From the IMG/VR virus record IMGVR_UViG_3300002460_000037, positions 1 to 56,640 of that record: DNA of 56,640 bases; one strand, written 5' to 3'. Under the pieces are notes generated by a model, which ran no database searches, was not told the origin of the DNA, and worked only from the letters and a program-made list of their open reading frames with translations. The stretch's first letter is position 1; every line of letters begins with the position of its first letter. The DNA comes from a virus. Lineage: Duplodnaviria > Caudoviricetes. The translations under genes and the position numbers were made by a program. Of the stretch, positions 9,582 to 18,223 are shown one piece after another.

Positions 9582-9621
9582 GCTTCGCCGTCTAGATCAA
9601 CAGTCTAGGCGGCGGGGCTTT
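9582..9621 (+). terminator. Rho-independent terminator
   Basis: GCTTCGCCGTCTAGA/TCTAGGCGGCGGGGC stem followed by TTTT. Confidence 0.7.
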
Positions 9622-9716
9622 TGTATAACGACCTTTGACTCGAACGCCGAGAGAGCGGTGGCCGAAACGTTCGGCGGTCAAAGCCATCAGGCTCCGATGT
9701 AAAAAGGAAACTCCCC

Positions 9717-11174
9717 ATGTCTTCCAAGAACATTCTTCGGTTACTCAACGCGGCCATCGCGGACGGCGGCGAACTTGATCTTGAGTTCGGCGACAACAAC
9801 TTGTTGACGTTTGGCACCGGTACGGATGCCGCTGGCGATGCCACGATTGGCTGGGACGGGACGCAGTTGAATTTGCTGCCGATCGTCGATGACTCGATCT
9901 TCAAGATCGGCAACGGCACGCTGTCGTTTGACGTGTGGATGTACGGCAGCGCGGCAGCCAACTACGTCTCCTGGGATGCCTCTGCCAACGATTTGAAGTT
10001 TGAGGACAGTGTTTCGATCATGTTTGGTACTGGGGCGGGTGCCGGTCCGGGAACGGCTGGAGACGTTGAGGCACGGTGGGATGGCACGGACTTCGACATT
10101 CTTCCAGCCGTGGACGACTCGATCATGAAGATCGGCAACGGAACGTTGAGCTTCGACGTGTGGCTGTTTGGCAGCAGTGCCAATTCGTACATTTCGTGGG
10201 ATGCGTCCACGAGCCTATTGAAACTGGAAGACAGTGTCGGTCTATATTTCGGCACTGGGGTTGGCGCCGGACCAGGCAACAACGGGGACGTTCGACTTCG
10301 CTGGAACGCGACGATCTTCGAGCTTAACGCGGTCGTGGACGACTCGATATTCAAGATCGGGGACGGAACGACCAACTTGGACGTGTGGATGTATGGGAAC
10401 ACCGTGACGTCGTACATGGAATGGGATGCGTCGGCCAGTCAGTTGGGATTGTTTGGCCCTGCTCGCCCGCGTGGGTTCAATTCGATCTCTCCCCGCTACG
10501 AACTGAAGTGGGTGGCAGGCGCTCGCGGCAAGCCGGGACTCAACGCTGATATCCTGAGTGCCACTGAGGCTACTAGAGAGATTGCCGACCCGGACTTCGA
10601 GTTGCTTGGTCTGAATGCGGTGTCGAGCACTTCCGCAATTGCGGTCGAGGGCGGAGTGACATTGACGACCACGACTGGAAGTGCCGATCAAGTCATCATT
10701 GTTCCGCATGTGGACGCTTCCCAAACCGCATGGTCGACAGTTACCTGGGGAACCGACCAGCAAACCGAGTGGGAGTGCTTCATTCGCACTCCGGCCACGA
10801 TTACCACCATGACGGTGTGGGCGGGGCTGAAATTGACCAACACGTCAGTCACCGCGACTGACGATGATCAGGCGTTTTTCCGATTCCAGCCATCGGTCAA
10901 CAGCGGAAAGTGGCAGGCCATTTATTCGATCGCTGATTCGGATACCGCTGGTGATTCCGGCGTGACAGTTGACGCATCCACGAATTACCACCTGAAGATT
11001 ACGATCGATTCGGCCCGCATCGCTCGTTTCTACATCGACGGCGTTCTGGTTGCGACGAGTACCGCGTTGACCACGGCGATTGATCTGATTCCGTACATCG
11101 GTGTGCAGACTGACACGACGGCGGCTCGCTCATTGACAGCATACGGACAGAGCATCAGCCGAGTACCGGCGTAA
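9717..11174 (+). CDS. Virion structural protein with three ~70-aa repeats and a lectin-like C-terminus
   Basis: Repeats WDGT..L.P.VDDSI.KIG.GT..FDVW.YG...SY.SWDAS; C-terminal ARFYIDGV resembles the 8710 product. Confidence 0.75.
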   Translation: MSSKNILRLLNAAIADGGELDLEFGDNNLLTFGTGTDAAGDATIGWDGTQLNLLPIVDDSIFKIGNGTLSFDVWMYGSAAANYVSWDASANDLKFEDSVSIMFGTGAGAGPGTAGDVEARWDGTDFDILPAVDDSIMKIGNGTLSFDVWLFGSSANSYISWDASTSLLKLEDSVGLYFGTGVGAGPGNNGDVRLRWNATIFELNAVVDDSIFKIGDGTTNLDVWMYGNTVTSYMEWDASASQLGLFGPARPRGFNSISPRYELKWVAGARGKPGLNADILSATEATREIADPDFELLGLNAVSSTSAIAVEGGVTLTTTTGSADQVIIVPHVDASQTAWSTVTWGTDQQTEWECFIRTPATITTMTVWAGLKLTNTSVTATDDDQAFFRFQPSVNSGKWQAIYSIADSDTAGDSGVTVDASTNYHLKITIDSARIARFYIDGVLVATSTALTTAIDLIPYIGVQTDTTAARSLTAYGQSISRVPA

Positions 11175-11185
11175 TTGGAGTAGTC

Positions 11186-11554
11186 ATGCAACGACAGACG
11201 ATTAGCCTGACGACTGACGCGAGCGGTGATCTGACTGTATATTCAGGCCCGGTGTCAGGACGGATCTTGGTCTTGGATTACACGAAGGGAACGCTTGACG
11301 CCGGGTTGGATTTTACGATCACAACCGAAACGACGCTTCAGACCGTTTGGACGGAGAGCAACATCACGGCGAGCAAGGTTTGTTGCCCGCGTCTTCCGAT
11401 CCATTCGCCGCTTGGCGTTGCTGCTCTGTACGCCGCTGGCGGTCAGGCCGTTCTTGGCGAGTACGTGTGGGCAATGTACGAGCGGATTAAGATCGTGATC
11501 GCCCAGGGCGGGAATGTAGGTGTTGGGTCAATACTGATTATCACTGACGATTAA
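11186..11554 (+). CDS. Small virion-module protein
   Basis: GGAG RBS, beta-rich, within the structural operon. Confidence 0.7.
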   Translation: MQRQTISLTTDASGDLTVYSGPVSGRILVLDYTKGTLDAGLDFTITTETTLQTVWTESNITASKVCCPRLPIHSPLGVAALYAAGGQAVLGEYVWAMYERIKIVIAQGGNVGVGSILIITDD

Positions 11555-11567
11555 CCGAGGAACCAAC

Positions 11568-11990
11568 ATGAATCGTTACGCAGGTCGTGAAATGTCGGAC
11601 GAAACCGCGAACAAGTTGCGGAAGGTCATGATGCTGGCGGATGAACAGCCGTTGCCGGAAGATGTCGCGGACACTTTTTGGGACATGAAGGCGGCTTGCG
11701 ATCGGTTGAACATCCACCCTTCTGACCAATTGCTGGTCATGGTCGCGATGGCGTCTGGTCGTCTTCCTGTCGCTCCACCGTCGACGTTCCTGGAACTGGT
11801 CAAGGGCGGCGTAGTGCGATACGGGACGGCGGTGACGGTCTTGTGGAGAAAGAAGCCGGCCACAGCCAAGTTTTTGAGGATGACGAACAACGGGTGCGTT
11901 TTGGTCGATTTGGCCGGCGAGGAACGTTCGGTCGACGCCAAGACGGTGAGTCTCTCGGTTAGTACCGAGGGCGAGCTGTTGCCTGCTTAG
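11568..11990 (+). CDS. Hypothetical protein with possible C-terminal SH3-like barrel
   Basis: GAGGA RBS; operon packing. Confidence 0.65.
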   Translation: MNRYAGREMSDETANKLRKVMMLADEQPLPEDVADTFWDMKAACDRLNIHPSDQLLVMVAMASGRLPVAPPSTFLELVKGGVVRYGTAVTVLWRKKPATAKFLRMTNNGCVLVDLAGEERSVDAKTVSLSVSTEGELLPA

Positions 11991-11998
11991 GAGCAACC

Positions 11999-12457
11999 AT
12001 GTCCGCTATCCTACACGCCTACAACTACTTCTCTTGCCGGATCGACGGTAAGCTTCACGAATTTGGGAGTTTGACAGACCCAAATGCTGTCTCCATTACT
12101 GGGAACGTGAAGGAGTTCGTGAAGTCGGTTGCCGTGTCGACCACGCAGAAGCTGTACGACAGCAGTCTCGACTTGGCAACGTTTCAGTTGGCTTTGGTGG
12201 CGTGTGACTTCGACGTGTACCTTGAGCAAGTCGCGGATGATAATTCCACGCAGGGTGACGAGGCCTTTGCCCAGTTGCTGCGCGGATCTGGCGTGGCTGG
12301 CAAGTGGGGCATTCCGTTCATCATTCCAAAGCAGGCGGCGTATAGCAACTTTACCAAAAACTTTGGCGGCGGAACGGTGGATGTCATTGATATCATTAGG
12401 GTTAGGAATATTTCTTCGAGTCAAGCAGCGGTCGTTCTGCTTATGCTATTTCTATAA
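11999..12457 (+). CDS. Small virion-module protein
   Basis: AGGAG RBS; operon packing. Confidence 0.7.
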   Translation: MSAILHAYNYFSCRIDGKLHEFGSLTDPNAVSITGNVKEFVKSVAVSTTQKLYDSSLDLATFQLALVACDFDVYLEQVADDNSTQGDEAFAQLLRGSGVAGKWGIPFIIPKQAAYSNFTKNFGGGTVDVIDIIRVRNISSSQAAVVLLMLFL

Positions 12458-12469
12458 GCGAGGTCCGTA

Positions 12470-14740
12470 ATGGCGGAATCATCGCTTTCCCTGACCTACA
12501 GTAATCTCGCGGATGAAGTCGCTCGTCATGCCGGCTGGAAGGCGTTCGCTTCGTGGACGGCTACCAACACCGCTGACTTCTCGAAGGTGCTCAAGAGCGC
12601 TTTTCGCAAGTTCTACTGGCCACCATCACACGATTGGTCTTTTCTTCGGGTCTACACAACGCTGTCCGTCTCGGCTTCCGACGCGGACATTGATCTGCCG
12701 GACAATTTCAGTGGCCGGATCATTGACGATTCGGTCACGTTCAACTCGAACGTTGGTAACAAGCGGCTAGTCCAGATCGACGAAGCGGTCCTGCGGGACC
12801 AGCAGGCGATGAATCCTTCGACTGGGATTCCGCAATATTTCGCCATCCGTGCCAAGGTCCATGCCCCGACGACGGGACAGCGGCACGAAATCCTGTTGCA
12901 TCCGACGCCGCATGTCGCGTTCACTTTGCGGTATGCCTACGTCACCCTGCCGGACGTGATTGACGCGACGAACATCTACCCGGTTGGCGGGGCGTTGTAC
13001 TCGGAAGTGATTCTTGAGGCTGTGCTGTCGGAAGTGGAACGGCTGTTGGACGACGACCCAACCCCGAACGGGCCGCACATGCAGGCTTTCACTAGCCTGC
13101 TGGCCGCGGCGATCGAAAAGGACAAAGCCAGCTTCCCGGCTCCGAACTTCGCCATTCCGGCGCCAATCCATGAGATCACGTACGGGTCATTTCGGTACTT
13201 CATGCGGGAAGTTGGAGACGTGCTCGAATACGGTCGAGACCAGAATCTTTGGAGCGAGGAGCAGTTTTCCAGGGCGAAGGCGATCCTTGATCGCGGGTTA
13301 TTCCAGTGTTACTTTCCGCCGCCCCTGCCGGTCTCGGAGAATAAGACGGCAAAGGCACCTCACGAGTGGTCTTTTCTGTTTCCTGTGGCGTCGCTAACGC
13401 TTGTCGCGGACACGGAGACGTACGACCTGCCGAATGATTTCGCTGGCATCTTGCGGGACTTCGTGTACACGGACACGGACGCGACATGGCGGATACCGAT
13501 CGTTAACCCGGAATCCCTGCGACAGGCGAAAGACAAGGGCAATCTGTCCGATCTGGACACGGACGTACTTGACACAACCACTGTCAGGACGAGTGTTTCC
13601 GGGACGGATGACCCGACAGGGCTGCCCACGGTGGCGTGCATCGAGCCAAAGGCGCACACGGGCGGGACGCGGCAGATTTATCAGGTGACGTTCTATCCGC
13701 CGCCCCACAAGGCCCTGACGCTGTCCTATCGGTATCAGATTCAGCCGGTGCCGATTAGTGACGATGTTCCTTGGCCACTGGGTACGACGGCCCACACGGA
13801 GACCATCCTGGCGAGTTGCTTGCTGTGCGCTCAGGAGCGGTATGGGAAAGGGAGCCCGAACGCTAGGACGATCTTTCTGGAGAAGCTGTCAGCTTCCGTT
13901 GGCCAGGATGAGCAGGTTGGCGGCTTGTCTGGCGGGATGTTCCCGATCCTGCACACGAACAAGGGTGACTTGCAGGTTGATTACTTCTACTTGCAGAGGC
14001 AGATTGGGAACTACCTTGATTTGGGCTGGAATCCCGATTCGTGGACGCACGAGCAGCAGCACGCAGTCGATGAGGTCATTGAATCTGGGTATCGGAGGTA
14101 TCTGTACCCGGATACTGTCGAGCAGACTGGCCATCAGTGGTCGTTCTTGCAGCCGATCGGGAGCATTCAAACGAGTGCTGACCAGCGGTACTATCCGTTG
14201 CCGGTTGGTTTCGAGCGGTTCATTGGCGCGCTGACATTTGACGATGAGACCGTTAATTACTCGCCGATCGAGATAACGAGCGAGAATCGTCTTCGGCAGT
14301 TGCAGACGCAAGCCGAACAGACAGCCTATCCCAGCCTGGCGGCAACGCGAGTCCAGGCTAGTGACGGGAAGGTGTCCCAGCGACAAGAGTTGATTTTGCA
14401 TCCCACGCCCGATGGCACGTACACGCTTTCGTTTCAGTATGCGGCCTCAGCAAAGAAGCTCAGCCGGGATAATTCGGTGCCGCTTGGCGGGCCAGCACAC
14501 GCGGAGGGGATCTTGGCGAGTTGTTTCGCCGTTGCTGAGGAAGCCAAGGGCGTGAAGAATGGCCCGAGGTTCGAGACGTACAAGAGGCGTCTGTTGACCA
14601 TGTTGCGAATCGACGCTTACCGCAGCCCGCAAAACTTCGGGTACAATGGTGATCCGTCGACGACGGTTGGCGGTCGGTTCATTGGCCGAGAGCCGATTGG
14701 CCGGTACGTGACGTACTTAGGCGATCTGTACGAGGATTAA
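12470..14740 (+). CDS. Head-tail adaptor (tail tubular A-like) with three tandem domains
   Basis: Three copies of H.WSFL....(Y).LP..F....(H/Y)P.P....TL.Y.Y......P.G....E.IL. Confidence 0.75.
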   Translation: MAESSLSLTYSNLADEVARHAGWKAFASWTATNTADFSKVLKSAFRKFYWPPSHDWSFLRVYTTLSVSASDADIDLPDNFSGRIIDDSVTFNSNVGNKRLVQIDEAVLRDQQAMNPSTGIPQYFAIRAKVHAPTTGQRHEILLHPTPHVAFTLRYAYVTLPDVIDATNIYPVGGALYSEVILEAVLSEVERLLDDDPTPNGPHMQAFTSLLAAAIEKDKASFPAPNFAIPAPIHEITYGSFRYFMREVGDVLEYGRDQNLWSEEQFSRAKAILDRGLFQCYFPPPLPVSENKTAKAPHEWSFLFPVASLTLVADTETYDLPNDFAGILRDFVYTDTDATWRIPIVNPESLRQAKDKGNLSDLDTDVLDTTTVRTSVSGTDDPTGLPTVACIEPKAHTGGTRQIYQVTFYPPPHKALTLSYRYQIQPVPISDDVPWPLGTTAHTETILASCLLCAQERYGKGSPNARTIFLEKLSASVGQDEQVGGLSGGMFPILHTNKGDLQVDYFYLQRQIGNYLDLGWNPDSWTHEQQHAVDEVIESGYRRYLYPDTVEQTGHQWSFLQPIGSIQTSADQRYYPLPVGFERFIGALTFDDETVNYSPIEITSENRLRQLQTQAEQTAYPSLAATRVQASDGKVSQRQELILHPTPDGTYTLSFQYAASAKKLSRDNSVPLGGPAHAEGILASCFAVAEEAKGVKNGPRFETYKRRLLTMLRIDAYRSPQNFGYNGDPSTTVGGRFIGREPIGRYVTYLGDLYED

Positions 14741-14743
14741 GCC

Positions 14744-16141
14744 GTGGCTGATCAAAAAGTATCCGCAATGACCGCACTGGCCGCTTTGGCGTCCGGTGAC
14801 GTGTTCTATTGCATCGACGACCCGCTTGGCACGCCGCTGTCCAGGCGATGCACCATCGACGTGATTATCACGTACCTGTACGCCACGCTGTCAATGAGCA
14901 GCATCACGGTTGGGACACTGCCTGTAGCTCGCGGTGGAACTGGTTCCACGACGGTGGCTGGCACACGGACAACGCTTGGTCTTGGTATTGCCGATTCGGT
15001 GGCATTCACGACACTGTCGCTCGACGACGAGTTGGACATGCTCATCGTGACCGATAATGGTCCAGCTTCTGAGGACGTCGCTGGCACGATCTTTGGCGGC
15101 ATGGCGATGCGAACAACGGCGGAAACCGTTTTTACTCGTGGTTGGTTATTTCGATCGCCTGGAGGATACAGGTTTGCCGACGTTCCGGCCAACGTCGAAA
15201 CTCAGCGGTTTGTTATTGCGATGGACGGCAAGGCGAATTTTGGGATGGCCAATCACGCCACTAAGACACCGCTATCACAGCTTGAAGTGACTGGCAATCT
15301 GCTGGTGGGTTTGGAAGCATCAACAGGCGTTCTGGTGGCCCCGACAAACGGCATCTATTGCGACGGAGATATCGTTTCAGGAGTGGACCCGGCATCGGCC
15401 TTGGCGGACTATCATTTCAAGGGTGGGGCGGATTCCAGGGTAATGATCGAGGGGACAGGAGCCACTTCTGCTGGCTTTCAGATCCGCACGAATGCGGTAA
15501 CGCGATGGGATATACACACAGCATCAGGGTCGGTTGACTTGAGGTTTAATAATGGCACGGATGTCGTCACGTTCAATGCCGTTGGCAGCCTAGCCCTTGG
15601 AGGGACATCGTTTCCGAGCGGCGGTGGGACGCCGGTCCTTGTGCTTTCTCAGTCTTCAGGCAATCCGACCGGCATGCCGTCCAATACGGCTGGATTGGTC
15701 GCCAAGGACGCCGCTGGAACGTGCGAGCTGTATGCTTGGGACGAAGCGGGGAATGTCTCGATCATTAGCCCGCACGCATCGCTCAGTGAGGCGGAAGAGG
15801 CTGGAATCACATTCAACAAGTACGACTTGGCTCCGAGCGTGTATCATTCCCAGAACATTTACACTGGCATCCACGTTTATCGGTACACAGATCACAACGG
15901 TCACACGCAGGTCAAGCAGGTCCAGCGTGCGCCGGAGATGAGCTGGGACGAGAACCAAGCTCGCCAGCGAGCCGCCAATGACGCCGAGATGGCACAGTGG
16001 CTTGACGATGTTGATCGATTCCGGCAAGAAGTCCGAGAGTGGCAAGCCGCTCCGTTCTGGAAGCGAGAAGTACGACGGCCAGTGTTTAACATTCCTCGAC
16101 CGAAGGAATTCGTTCCGAAACCCCGACCGAGATTGAGGTGA
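14744..16141 (+). CDS. Tail fibre protein
   Basis: N-terminal MADQKVSAMTAL, LPVARGGTG..RTTLGLG fibre repeat, C-terminal GNVSIISPH. Confidence 0.75.
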   Translation: MADQKVSAMTALAALASGDVFYCIDDPLGTPLSRRCTIDVIITYLYATLSMSSITVGTLPVARGGTGSTTVAGTRTTLGLGIADSVAFTTLSLDDELDMLIVTDNGPASEDVAGTIFGGMAMRTTAETVFTRGWLFRSPGGYRFADVPANVETQRFVIAMDGKANFGMANHATKTPLSQLEVTGNLLVGLEASTGVLVAPTNGIYCDGDIVSGVDPASALADYHFKGGADSRVMIEGTGATSAGFQIRTNAVTRWDIHTASGSVDLRFNNGTDVVTFNAVGSLALGGTSFPSGGGTPVLVLSQSSGNPTGMPSNTAGLVAKDAAGTCELYAWDEAGNVSIISPHASLSEAEEAGITFNKYDLAPSVYHSQNIYTGIHVYRYTDHNGHTQVKQVQRAPEMSWDENQARQRAANDAEMAQWLDDVDRFRQEVREWQAAPFWKREVRRPVFNIPRPKEFVPKPRPRLR

Positions 16142-16145
16142 AATT

Positions 16146-16559
16146 GTGGCGTGGGAACTACCGCAGGTTATCAAGGGTGTTTTGTATGGCCTGCCCGTCG
16201 AGGTGACGAGCAAAACGTACGTTCGCGTGTCCAGGGTGGAGTTTCCTGAACCGGGATCGATGGCTGTCGTCTGGTCGGTCTACCCCAACAAAGCCACTTG
16301 GGAGGCTGTCTCGCGGCCTGGAATGGAATCTGGGTCATTCCGGGTCGTGTTTAAGAAGGACGCACAGCCGATCGGTGAGCCGCTAATGGACCCGGTTAAT
16401 GGCAAGGTCTTGGAACCGGCTCGGCCAGCGGTCCCGTCGCTCGAAGAGTTGTTCTTGCTGATTCCGGCACTGAAGCCAGCGATCGAGGCGATGAAGAAGG
16501 CGTTGTACGAGACATCCACTGCCGTTGTTTTGGAGCTTGGTGATGCCAAGGCGGTTTAA
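16146..16559 (+). CDS. Putative tail fibre chaperone or accessory protein
   Basis: Follows the fibre; GAGG RBS; TAATG coupling to the next gene; similar in style to the 21063 gene. Confidence 0.55.
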   Translation: MAWELPQVIKGVLYGLPVEVTSKTYVRVSRVEFPEPGSMAVVWSVYPNKATWEAVSRPGMESGSFRVVFKKDAQPIGEPLMDPVNGKVLEPARPAVPSLEELFLLIPALKPAIEAMKKALYETSTAVVLELGDAKAV

Positions 16560-18223
16560 TGGCTCGCCAGATCGTATACCAGCATATACCGTTCCCGAAA
16601 AAGGGCCTTGACGAAGGGAATGCCTACTACGACCAGCCGAAGGGAACGTGCCGTGAAGTCCAGAACATGCGGCCTTACGATCCGGTCAGTGGTCGTTTGC
16701 GTGGCGGGCAGCGAGGGGGCCTGACAAAGTTCACAGTCTCTAGTGCTGGGGCTGTCTGTCAGGATCTGAATCAGGTCACGTCCATTTCTACTGCAGCCGC
16801 ATCGACATCGTCGTTGGCCATTCGCACTGTGTTGGGGTGCTTGGTGGTTGACGGCGACATACAAAGTTTCACGTCGGCGGCCAGGACGGCTGCGACCGGA
16901 GGAACAAATGTTCTCGATCCGAATGCCCCTGTCATTTTTTCCGCTGAGTCACAGGGAATTCTCTACTTCGCGGATGGGGTGAATTACACGAAGTGGACGG
17001 CATCCACGAATACGGCTTCAGCCTGGACGGCGAGCAGCGGGACGCTCCCGGCAAGCGGAGCGGAGAAGCCGCGGTTGATCGAATTATGGCGAGGCAGGAT
17101 CGTCTTGGCTGGGATTAAAACTGACCCACACAATTGGTTCATGGCGGAGAAGGACGATCCGACCAACTTCAATTATGCGCCGGATCCGACAACGGAACTT
17201 CAAGCGGTTGCCGGCAGCAACTCGCCGGCGGGTCTTATTGCCGAGCCAATCATGGGGATCATTCCGTATAGCGAGGATCTGTTGATCTTTGGTTCGGATC
17301 ATTCCATGTGGGCATTGAACGGCGATCCGATGGCCGGTGGCCGAATTGTGCAGATCAGTGGAATTACCGGCTTGGCTTGGGGACGGGCGTGGTGCAAGGC
17401 ACCTGGCGGGGTTGTGTACTTCTTCGGGTCGCGCGGCGGCGTGTACCGGATGACCTCCGGTTCCGGCTTAGAACGCATCACGGCTAGGCGGTTGGATGAA
17501 CGATTGGCGAACATCGACTTGAACAATTACATCGTGAGAATGGCTTGGAACGATCGGGAGATTGGTGTCCACGTCTTTATCACGCCGTTGGCGCTTCAGA
17601 TCGCCGAGCATTACTTCTACGACGTGCGGACGGATTCATGGTGGAAGGATAAGTTCAACAACGTGCAGCATTCTCCGGTAGCTGTTCACGTTTTCGACGG
17701 TGACATGATCGACGATCGGAGGATCTTGATCGGCGGCAAGGACGGCTGGATCAGGTATTGGACGACGGACGGTCTTACAGACGACGGGACTGCTATTGAA
17801 AGCAACGTCTTGCTGGGTCCGATCATGGCTCGCGATGAGAGCGGCGTGCAATTACCGTTCATTCTTTCCGAGTTGCAGATCACGTTGGCCGAAAACAGCG
17901 ACACGATCAGCTACGAGGTCCATGCCGGAGATTCCGCCGAGGAGGTATTCTCTTCGGCCAATCAATCTTCAGGATTTGTATTGACGGAAACTGACGGCAA
18001 AATCGTCCTGGAGGATGGCACGGGGTTTGTGACGTTGGAAGGAGAGCTTGTGGACGCTGACGGCACTTGGTCGCCGATCACGAGCGATGCCGTGCAGCCG
18101 AGGTTGCGGGGTTACGCCGCTTACGTGCGGCTGAAGCACACTGCAGACAACTCGCGTTGGGCGATGGAGGAATTACAGGCCAAGTTGGCCGTCATAACGA
18201 CATCCAAGAGAAGGATCTTCTGA
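16559..18223 (+). CDS. Tail nozzle (tail tubular B-like) beta-propeller
   Basis: NMRPYD..GRLRGGQR N-terminus, WRGRIVLAG, VYFFGSRGGVY blades. Confidence 0.75.
   Translation: MARQIVYQHIPFPKKGLDEGNAYYDQPKGTCREVQNMRPYDPVSGRLRGGQRGGLTKFTVSSAGAVCQDLNQVTSISTAAASTSSLAIRTVLGCLVVDGDIQSFTSAARTAATGGTNVLDPNAPVIFSAESQGILYFADGVNYTKWTASTNTASAWTASSGTLPASGAEKPRLIELWRGRIVLAGIKTDPHNWFMAEKDDPTNFNYAPDPTTELQAVAGSNSPAGLIAEPIMGIIPYSEDLLIFGSDHSMWALNGDPMAGGRIVQISGITGLAWGRAWCKAPGGVVYFFGSRGGVYRMTSGSGLERITARRLDERLANIDLNNYIVRMAWNDREIGVHVFITPLALQIAEHYFYDVRTDSWWKDKFNNVQHSPVAVHVFDGDMIDDRRILIGGKDGWIRYWTTDGLTDDGTAIESNVLLGPIMARDESGVQLPFILSELQITLAENSDTISYEVHAGDSAEEVFSSANQSSGFVLTETDGKIVLEDGTGFVTLEGELVDADGTWSPITSDAVQPRLRGYAAYVRLKHTADNSRWAMEELQAKLAVITTSKRRIF

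Noticed and set aside
18067-18222. N-terminal extension of the tail fibre ORF
   Set aside because: Overlaps the nozzle gene; TGATG coupling favours ATG 18223
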